This document shows positions 1-7,377 of a DNA stretch of 7,377 nucleotides, in pieces. The notes below the pieces were generated by a model. The model saw only the letters and a program-made list of their open reading frames with translations, searched no databases and was not told the origin of the DNA. How positions within the stretch are numbered: the first letter of the stretch is position 1; each line of letters opens with the position of its first letter. The position numbers and the translations under genes were made by a program. The stretch is from Paraspadella gotoi (taxonomy: Eukaryota; Animalia; Chaetognatha). The stretch is taken from NCBI GenBank assembly GCA_051294375.1, contig JBJCIZ010001315.1, positions 1 through 7,377 of the forward strand. Direction: 5' to 3'.

Positions 1-163
1 ATCATGTTATTTCACTCAACTTAACTCCTACCTCTTAATCAATTCAACCTAATACACACAAACTCACCACCTCACTCCATCCAATAACCCGTCCGCACAT
101 CGCCAATCGCTCGTCGACTTTAAAGATAGGTAAGGTCAAATAAAAACAAACATTTCGGATCAA

Positions 164-190
164 AATTAATTACATTAATGTTAATTAATT
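164..190. repeat. Near-perfect AT-rich palindrome
   Basis: aattaattacattaatgttaattaatt is self-complementary around cattaatg except for one extra T. Confidence 0.7.
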
Positions 191-224
191 GACCTAAATA
201 ATAAAATAACTTTAGATATTATTT

Positions 225-263
225 ATTAGTTGCATGATTAATTCATTAATTATGCAATCTAAT
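225..263. repeat. Inverted repeat / hairpin
   Basis: ttgcatgattaat (230-242) pairs with attaattatgcaa (245-257) with one G-T mismatch, and extends through attag/ctaat across a one-base bulge. Confidence 0.75.
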
Positions 264-357
264 TAATTAATCGATCGGGCAGATCCGACTTTAGTTTTAC
301 TCATTCGTTGTTTTCTCTCCGATCGTCAGTACGACTCCGGAACATACTAAAATCTAA

Positions 358-483
358 ACTTCATCCTTATCAAAAAATAACATTTTTACCAAATTGTATT
401 TAAATTCTTCTATTTATATTCTTCCCACCAAAAAACGACTCTTTAAAACCGTTCTCCGGCCGACGATCTTCCTCATCGCCTGA
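358..483 (+). mobile_element. LINE RT thumb-region fragment
   Basis: Translates to ...IFTKLYLNSSIYILPTKKRLFKTVLRPTIF, resembling the post-RT motif TK.RLYKT.(V/I)RP.L.Y of non-LTR elements. It lies in C-rich, strand-biased sequence. Confidence 0.45.
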
Positions 484-580
484 TCGTCTTATCGCGCCTA
501 TACCTTATCTTATTGGCTTTCCACGATTCTCGTTTCTCCTTATATTCCTATTCTTTTTTCCTTTTTCTTTCTTCTCTTCT

Positions 581-632
581 TAATACATAATGATAATAAA
601 TAATACTAATAATAATAATAATAATAATGATA
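581..632. repeat. Imperfect (TAA)n microsatellite
   Basis: taataataataataataataatgata with degenerate flanking units. Confidence 0.9.
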
Positions 633-1045
633 GATAAACAAGTATATAAATAATATGGCTCCATCAACATTAACCTTTTCAAATGCCGTTTTTATTGCAA
701 ATGGGCTGTGATGGAAAAAATTGTCTCGCGTTTAGGAAAAGATCGTTAATATATCATTAGTCAACATATATTTTTTGGACCGGGGTAGAGAATCTAGATA
801 TTTGAGTGAAGATAAAAATTTTTCATAGAACTGAATAGAAAGATTATTTCAGTCAGTAAGAGCTTGAAATTTGTGAAATGCAAAAGAGCGGTTGAATCCA
901 ACTCACTCTTTTTGATCGAAGAGGTTTTTTCTTCAAAATATTTTGTGTATTATGGATCTCGTGCACACTGATAATTTTTCACTGCAATTTGCGTCTTAGC
1001 GAAGCACGTTAGAAAAAGAATGTGCATCCTGCCTACTACAAGTTA

Positions 1046-1430
1046 ACCAAGGCTTGATTGCTTGCCATTCTGGCGCTGCGAGCGCGAGCCACACTCGCGT
1101 CGACCTCCCACTTCGCCGAGCACGACTTACGGCTCTTTTCTGCGTATATTATCAAAAGATAACATATGCTCACACGAAAGTGCTTACCGGAGTCTCTTAC
1201 TATACTCTTTATTGTCGTCCCACCTTTACAATATAGAACAACGAATATTTCTTGAGCAGCAATGTATTTTTTACATATCAAGATCTCGTTCCTCTCTCTC
1301 CGTACCGCACAACATCTACCATTCCTCACATCGGAGAGCACCTCCCTTTCGCCTGATGCAGAATAGACGAGCTATCTTGTCGCATCGCCACGCACCACTC
1401 GCACCGGAAGAAAAGCAGGGATTTTAATAG
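1046..1430 (+). mobile_element. Possible LINE post-RT (thumb/linker) fragment
   Basis: HTKVL...YTLYCRPTF (1201-1227) and LRTAQHLPFLTS (1298-1333) weakly resemble post-RT motifs. Same C-rich bias as the other fragments, and it lies upstream of the zinc-knuckle fragment in the expected order. Confidence 0.3.
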
Positions 1431-1740
1431 TCGCAAACGTTTGAATAACTCAAAAAATATAAAAATAACGCCGGTAAATCTCATACTACTCATCAAGTAG
1501 AACAGCAATCACGCTCGCTACCACTACCGACTGTATAAAATGTAAAAATAAGAAGAGGAAGAGGGCATTTTTGTTGAAACAATTCATATATTTTCTTGCA
1601 CTGGCACACATCCCTCTCGTCACTCTCTCACTCGCTATTCGTCAAGACATAATTATATATATAATTATTTAATCTTTTATATCTTTCATCTTTCATCTAT
1701 AACTCCAAGAAGCCAATTCTCTTGTCAGTCTTCCGCTCAA

Positions 1741-2185
1741 CTCTTATTTCTTCGATTTTCATCTCCTACCATTAAACATGCGAAAAAATATCGGCTTGGA
1801 CAATCTAACATCCTATACGAGCGCTGAAACGGCGATCTTCTTTTCATCACCTATAAATGTCCACGTTCTGATATCCTCTATTCACGGCGTTTTCAGAAGT
1901 TTCCTAATATCATTGACTTGCTCACTGGCCACTCTCGCTTATGCTCGCTCTCTCACATCACTCGCTATTTTAACTGCCGCTGGTTCTCTGCAATCGCTGT
2001 TGTCTTGCACTCCCGTATTCAATCATCGCCATTCTGCTCTCACTGCCGCTACCGTACTCATTACGTCTGACGAGTAAACTATCCACGTCAGCATTATTCT
2101 CGTTTCGTAACTCGAATAATGCACTCCCTCTCTCACTAATAGTTTGTGATCTACCTAAGTTCCTGATTACGCCCTTCAGACTCAT
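1741..2185 (+). mobile_element. Degenerate LINE ORF2 C-terminal region (LTGH + Cys/His zinc-knuckle remnant, I/R1/Tad-like)
   Basis: The frame starting at 1741 reads ...LYER*NG...NIIDLLTGHSRL...RIQSSPFCSHCR, with LTGH at 1921-1932, SPFCSHC at 2026-2046 and an internal TGA at 1825-1827 (possibly a former TGG). This resembles the LTGH..L..H....SP.C..C...ET..H...C pattern of non-LTR ORF2 C-termini. DLPKFLITPFRL (2148-2183, different frame) resembles typical ORF2 ends. Confidence 0.55.
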
Positions 2186-2309
2186 GAATAATCTTGACTT
2201 ATTCAATCCACCTCATGCATCTGCCTCGTTCTGTTGATCGGACATCGCATTAATCGATTCACCCGCCTCCCCCCACGCTTTGCGCACTCACAATCCGCAA
2301 ACCTGTCCG

Positions 2310-3290
2310 ATCCTGCACTCTGGAGGAGTCAAAGCAGCCTGATTCCAACTCCAATAAATATGAAGGAAAGAAACGCCCAAGCGCCGATCAGGCAACGAAA
2401 TCAGTAACTTGTACCACCGCACACGCACGAAATAAAAAGAGATGAAAAAAAAGAAAAGCAAACGCAACGTCACACACACAACGCTTACTGCTCCTTCTAC
2501 TCTTCCGCGAAGGTTAATAACTCTCTTATAACTCAATCGAAAAATATAAATGAAATATTCAATCATTACACGATCTCCGGTGTAAAGCCAACTCTTTACT
2601 ACAAGTTAGTATACTTTTCCTACATCTGACGCGACATCCAACGTGTTTTATCATACCAAGCGAACCCCGGTCATAGATTCAATCCAAAGACATCTTTCCC
2701 GCTATCACAATCACAACCATCACAAAGACAAGCATCATAGTGGCGATCTTTATTATTTTTTTAAAATAAATTCATTGATCACTCTTGACCATTTGACACC
2801 CGCCGCTCTACACAAATATTTTACATTTTTTTAAAAAACAACCTTATCGCACCGACACAATACATATACATTTTTAATGTATACATTTTCTTGGTAATTG
2901 ATGTTTTTTTTTTAGTGTAACTCGAGCCGAAAAAGAGATGAGCCGAGCAAACTTCAGCTTTTTCAATATTTAAAGGAACATTCGCCTCCTCACCCCCTGG
3001 AATTGACCTGGCTCTGCTTAAGCCCACACTCACTCACCCTACTTCTTACCTCATTAGGTGCTCTAATGGATTCCGTTAAAACATTGGATTATAATCTCTT
3101 CCTCTCACAGACTCACATACTTGCTATTGAGTATCTTAAAACAAGCATGCGCTCTCATCTCTCTACACTCACTCTTTTAACTTTGAAGCTGGGCCTTTAA
3201 AAATATACTTTTTATGCCTACCAGAATAAAATTATATCTAATATACAGTTTATAACAGTTTTTACGAGCTCCTCTTCCCTAAAGGCCCCC
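2310..3290 (+). mobile_element. Degenerate non-LTR retrotransposon (LINE) reverse transcriptase remnant
   Basis: Decayed RT-like motifs occur in canonical order across frameshifts and stops: TLEE...GKKRPSADQ (2317-2391, cf. domain 0 EEV..AI..KAPGPDG), RLITLL (2511-2528, cf. YRPISLL), KRTPVIDSI (2658-2684, cf. RST.DAI), VAIFI (2740-2754) with TLDHLTPAALHK (2781-2816, cf. VFLD..KAFD.VDH), DSVKTLDYNLFLSQTHI (3069-3119, cf. SVKYLGVTLD..L....HI) and TVYNSFYELLFPK (3245-3283, thumb-like). No recognisable QG or YADD motif. Matched by eye only. Confidence 0.6.
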
Positions 3291-3692
3291 AAATATCAAT
3301 TTTGTTATCCTTCTCAACACACTCACAACAGCTCACGCACCCACAATCTTTCTTTTATTATAAAAATATTTGGCTCTGGGCAGGGAACTCATTTTCTACA
3401 CGCCTATCTTTATCTTCTTTCCTAGTAAACCGAAAGATGATATTTATACATGCCTTACTTTAAGTAGTTATTCTTAAATGCTCAAAATCCCTCTTTAAAG
3501 TTTTTGTTTGATAATTTTTTTTTAGCGGCGGGATTTCCAGATAGTCACTATGTAGTCGATCTGCTCTATAGTCTCTCAATTTGCACCTCTCTCTATACCT
3601 CCTCGCGCACTCTCCGCTCCCGCCTTCCCATTCGCAAACTGATTGTCGTTAAATTATTTACAGATGATATAAAACATGAACCTTTTGACTAA

Positions 3693-4080
3693 TTTATGAA
3701 AAAAAGAAGTGCTGTGGACGAACATATAGTTGCGGTCCCATTCTGTCTGTCTGTCTGTATTGTCTGTCTGCCTGTCTGTCATTCGTCCTTCCGTCCGTCC
3801 GTCCCCAGTAGCATCTAACTCCAAATTATCGTGATTGCATAGATGGATTTGAATGGGTTTAAAAGTTTTTCTGAATGGAATAGAAGTGGAATCAGTTTAA
3901 TGCAAAAAAAAGTCACATTTAGTTGAATTTTTTTAAATCTTTATTCGTATTATTCAATATTCATATTTAGATACCATCTGATTGAGATGAACATTTTGTG
4001 TGTGATCTAGAAAGTGTGTATTGTAGCTGAAGAAAACGTTTTTTATGGACATTGTCCCAAGTGGAAAAAGTTTACATAGA
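3693..4080 (+). mobile_element. Probable non-autonomous Helentron-associated element (HINE / DINE-1 / pearl-like); boundaries approximate
   Basis: A short 5' segment ending in acatatagtt (3722-3731) is followed by a (CTGT)n/(CCGT)n tract (3742-3804), then gatggatttgaatg (3842-3855), and a small inverted-repeat region near the 3' end (ggacattgtcc, 4047-4057). A GTCY microsatellite near the 5' end plus a 3' stem-loop is the known DINE-1/HINE layout. The subterminal inverted repeats are not clean. Confidence 0.45.
3742..3804. repeat. Compound (CTGT)n/(CCGT)n microsatellite
   Basis: tctgtctgtctgtctgt...ctgtctgtc...ccgtccgtccgtcc is directly visible. Confidence 0.9.
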
Positions 4081-4114
4081 AAAAACCAAGCTCACCAATT
4101 TTAAAATTTTAAAT

Positions 4115-4126
4115 TCTCTCTCTTTA

Positions 4127-4159
<33 letters not shown>

Positions 4160-4236
4160 TCTCTCTCCTCTCTCTCTCTCTCTTTTCAATCTATCTATCT
4201 ATCTCTCTCTATCTATCGTCTCTCTATTCTTTCTCT
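4115..4236. repeat. Imperfect (CT)n/(CTAT)n microsatellite
   Basis: Long tctctctc runs with ctatctatct segments. This tract produces the spurious SLSLSL ORF at 4052-4243. Confidence 0.95.
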
Positions 4237-4329
4237 GACATAATGACTTGACTTGGCTGATTTATCATTACGATGTTTGGTTAATATGGATTGATTATTA
4301 TGATGATTGATTTCCTTAACATGAAAATT

Positions 4330-5310
4330 CGAAATTCTAATTTCAAATATCTCTATTGGTTGAGGTCTTTCGTGACACCGTGACAGCCTTTCACCTAAGA
4401 CAAAATAAAGCAGCACTGTTCTTACTAGATCAAGGGCAGCTACAAACTGATCCTGGACGAATGATATGAATCATAATACACTCATCGCAATAGGCTATAC
4501 GCTCAAAACTTGTACGATCAATGATTTTTCTTCCTTTACATCTGATTCTCAGCATGCTCTTAATATTTTGAGCCTTGGGTCAGATGTACACAATTACAAT
4601 GCAATTATTTGCTGCATTTCAACTCAAAACCTAATGAACTAAATATAAGATGGGTACTCCTATTTATTCTGTTATTTCTGCTATGTATGAGGCATTTTAA
4701 TTGTAAAATTTGGTTTTGCGAAAACCAACGAACGAAAATATTTCCTCGGCCTGCTGGGAAGCAAAAAGAGAAAGTTGTGATATTTTTATTATGCGTTACT
4801 TGGATGGCAGAGGTGCCATTGCTCATATGAATTTTCATTTTAGTGCGGGCCTCTCTTGCACGGTTGGTCAAAGTTAAGTTTCGTTACTGTCAAAATAAGT
4901 ATACAAGTTTTTAATAACCATTGTACATTTGCACAATTACACGTATACGAACTATTTGAGTGCTACAAGCGGCTTTAATAGTGGTTCAGAATTCAAATTG
5001 ATTTCATAGAAAAAAGACCAACTTTTAAAAAATGTATCAAACGTTTAGTTCATCATAAATATTTTGAGCACAAACATAAAATATTTACAGAAATATTTAT
5101 CATCATAATTTTTTGATGTTTTTCTTCCAAAAATTGTTTTGAAGTATTATGATATATATCATTGTAATAAACACACAGTGTGGAGGATTTAAAAAACTCG
5201 TCAATACAAAATATGTTGTTTAAATCTAAATTTTATACATATTCTATTGAATCGTTTCCCTCAGCTTTTGATTCAAAGTGGGGCCACGATGATGTCCTGG
5301 ATTTCAGCAA
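4330..5310 (+). pseudogene. Possible highly degraded paralogue of the downstream membrane-protein gene
   Basis: Short collinear matches to the 5851-7377 ORF (see findings) and a hydrophobic ORF fragment at 4609-4830, interrupted by stops and frameshifts. Matched by eye in AT-rich DNA. Confidence 0.3.
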
Positions 5311-5334
5311 CAAAATGGAAGCGCCAGATCAATT

Positions 5335-5590
5335 TTTTTTCAATATCGTAACATGATAAAGTTAAACCAATGACTGAAAAGTAAAAGAAAAGCAAGAAAT
5401 AAATAAAAAAAAAAAACGCAAACGCGAAAAAATATGTCGATGTAGAGTTGACGACGCTAAGTAAATTAAAGAAAAGGAAAATAATAAAAACATAAAAATA
5501 AATAAAGTCTCAACGTTAAGCAATGTAAATGATTAATTATTTTAAAAAAAAAAAACCCAACAATTGAACAAGGTAGAAAAAAAAAGTAAA
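5335..5590. repeat. A-rich low-complexity tract
   Basis: Multiple poly(A) runs, e.g. near 5405-5416, 5544-5555 and 5577-5585. Confidence 0.7.
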
Positions 5591-6111
5591 TTGGCCGCTT
5601 TGTGAAGAGTTGTGGGCACTCTCATTAAAAATGTCGTGAGTGAAACAGAAATTTAAATGTATTGTGATATGCACAATACATTGGTAAAAAACGCCACGAA
5701 TGGTGGTTGTGATTAGTTACGGCGGCGCTTTCTACGAGGTAACCGAATAAAACGTGCAAATCACGTGCAGTTTGGCCAATTCATCACACAACACGTTACT
5801 CAGTCGAATCGCTAATGTCTACGATCAGTTATTCAAAAATGGCCGTATAGGTTTACAGCGCACTCGAACAAGCTTGTTCACGGGTTAACAAGTTTTGCTC
5901 GCATGGCAATCGGAATTTGCAGGGCGTTCTATGGATCTATGGATCGACTTTTATCTTATATCTCCTCAACTTGAAATCGATTAATTTTTCTTATTGGTTC
6001 GAAATCCTGACTCCTTTGCTTCTACTGAGACTCTTCACGCCTTTTGAGTTGTACGAAATAGCAAAAAACATAAAAAACATTAATTTACGTTGCACAAAAA
6101 AAGTTGAAAAA

Positions 6112-7377
6112 ATGAACTGCTTTCAACTGACCATGTTACCAGTCATTAATTTTTTTCTCGTCTCGATGATATTTTACTTCGATAAGCAAAATAAGATTAG
6201 CAAAGTTATTTTTAACAAAGAGGGACGGTGGGGATTTTCCAAATTTCGGAAAAATCATTCACCGGTTTTAAGATTATTCAGTTTCGGGACTTATGGTCAT
6301 CGGAATGAAAGAACTTTTCAAATAAAAGGATTTTTGAGCAACAAAGAACAATGGGTAAAAGCCATTTCCAATTTTTTACAAATTGATGAGGAGAAAGGAG
6401 ATCCGAATTATATATATATGACAATTTATGACTTCAAAGTGGGCAATTATCTATTTTTGTCCCCTAATTATCCATTGATATTGATACTTTTAATATGTGA
6501 TTTTGCGTTAAGTTTAAAATACGCTTTTGTCAATATTCGAAGCATCCTATTTCTTCAACATTGTTTTTTTATACTTATTTTAGTTGGTTTTAGCAGTATA
6601 GCTTATATGAATTTATATCATATGGTGAGACATATGAATATTTTAAATCTTCAAAATTATTTAGGTTCACAAAGTAAAATTTATTCTCAATTTTTAACAT
6701 TAACTACACTACAGTCAAAATATTTTTTATTTACTGGTAAGAGACCGTTTAATGTTTCTACTATTACTCAGAAAGAATGGAACGAAAAATTAATTAATTC
6801 TCACAAAGAAATTTTTGCTTTTGGGAGTCTTTTATCTAATTACTTTTTTATAATTGCTGCTTTTATAGTTTCAATATTGTTTAATGAGTTGTTAAAAAAA
6901 TTTTTGAACAGCAAAATAAGATGTTTAATAGGAGGTCTAATTTGTTTGTCAGGCTTTGGATTTACCTGGTTTTTAAAGCATTGGTCAGATGTTCTTCAAC
7001 AAAAAATACCTCGATTTTATTTTAAATTGTGCAATATTTCAGGAGCAGCCAATTATAATGATGACATCATTATTTATGACGACATGATTATTTATGATTT
7101 TCTCTATTTGATATTAATCAATGAAAATACATTTAAAGTTTACTGCATTATTTTTTTAACATCGTTAAAATTACTGTCATCTATTCTAAACGGTCAGTCA
7201 CGGTGTGGCAAAATACTGCTAAAAATAATTGTAATATTATTTTTTTTGTTTTCATCTACTTTTTTTCAATTTATAAACTCTCCTCAAAACCCTTCTTATC
7301 ACAACTTTCTTCGCGTATTTTCTACATTAGATGCAGTAAAAACTTCAGAAATTTTGAAAACAAGAAGTGCTTCTGAT
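6112..7377 (+). CDS. Uncharacterised multi-pass membrane protein, 3'-truncated by the window edge (>=422 aa from ATG 6112; frame open from 5851)
   Basis: Manual translation gives no stop from 5851 to 7377: MNCFQLTMLPVINFFLVSMIFYFDKQNKISKV...KTSEILKTRSASD. A 509-codon open frame is not expected by chance in DNA this AT-rich. Hydrophobic segments lie at about 6127-6180, 6469-6516, 6541-6606, 6811-6882, 6922-6975, 7099-7188 and 7213-7275. N-glycosylation sequons are NHS (6253), NVS (6751) and NIS (7033). True start and family are uncertain. Confidence 0.85.
   Translation, partial: MNCFQLTMLPVINFFLVSMIFYFDKQNKISKVIFNKEGRWGFSKFRKNHSPVLRLFSFGTYGHRNERTFQIKGFLSNKEQWVKAISNFLQIDEEKGDPNYIYMTIYDFKVGNYLFLSPNYPLILILLICDFALSLKYAFVNIRSILFLQHCFFILILVGFSSIAYMNLYHMVRHMNILNLQNYLGSQSKIYSQFLTLTTLQSKYFLFTGKRPFNVSTITQKEWNEKLINSHKEIFAFGSLLSNYFFIIAAFIVSILFNELLKKFLNSKIRCLIGGLICLSGFGFTWFLKHWSDVLQQKIPRFYFKLCNISGAANYNDDIIIYDDMIIYDFLYLILINENTFKVYCIIFLTSLKLLSSILNGQSRCGKILLKIIVILFFLFSSTFFQFINSPQNPSYHNFLRVFSTLDAVKTSEILKTRSASD

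Noticed and set aside
2430-2463. A-rich stretch as a LINE poly(A) tail
   Set aside because: It sits between the RT domain 0-like and domain 2-like motifs, so it is more likely a slippage-expanded Lys-rich segment.
670-2517. ttaacctt...aaggttaa as piggyBac-like TTAA-flanked TIRs
   Set aside because: Only 8 bp including the TTAA, and the right copy falls within the RLITLL RT-like motif.
1034-2608. 12-bp direct repeat tactacaagtta (1034-1045, 2597-2608) as a LINE target-site duplication
   Set aside because: The second copy lies inside the collinear RT remnant rather than after a 3' tail, and a few 12-mer matches are expected by chance in 7 kb of AT-rich DNA.
1036-3692. Short 60-121 aa ORFs of the ORF track as real genes
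   Set aside because: They overlap on both strands, mostly use non-ATG starts and have no coherent domains. They are better explained as chance ORFs or pieces of decayed LINE frames.
4052-4416. ORFs 4052-4243 (+) and 4213-4416 (-)
   Set aside because: The first is produced by the (CT)n microsatellite. The second is short, overlaps it and has no recognisable motif.
5986-6180. PLLLLRLFTPF...PVINFFLV as a voltage-gated channel S4-S5 segment
   Set aside because: It lacks the repeated every-third-residue Arg/Lys pattern and there is no pore motif.
1-7377. CRISPR array, tRNA/rRNA genes or a prokaryotic operon/defence system
   Set aside because: No regularly spaced repeats, no recognisable structural RNA signatures, and low coding density with eukaryote-type repeats.

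Overview
AT-rich eukaryotic genomic DNA, most likely from an invertebrate animal judging by its microsatellites and repeat types; the species cannot be determined from the sequence. The supplied ORF track misses the main feature because it has no stop inside the window: a + strand frame open from 5851 (first ATG 6112) to the window end (509 codons) encoding a multi-pass membrane protein I cannot assign to a family. Positions 1-3660 are C-rich/G-poor on the + strand and contain heavily decayed non-LTR retrotransposon (LINE) ORF2 remnants (RT subdomains in collinear order, RT-thumb-like motifs and a C-terminal LTGH/CxxC region). Next come a probable Helentron-associated (DINE-1/HINE-like) element with a (GTCY)n tract, a (CT)n tract, and a stretch (about 4330-5310) that may be a degraded tandem paralogue of the membrane-protein gene. 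I found no RNA genes, no CRISPR array and no convincing novel multi-gene system. The short ORFs in the track look spurious or are TE/pseudogene debris.
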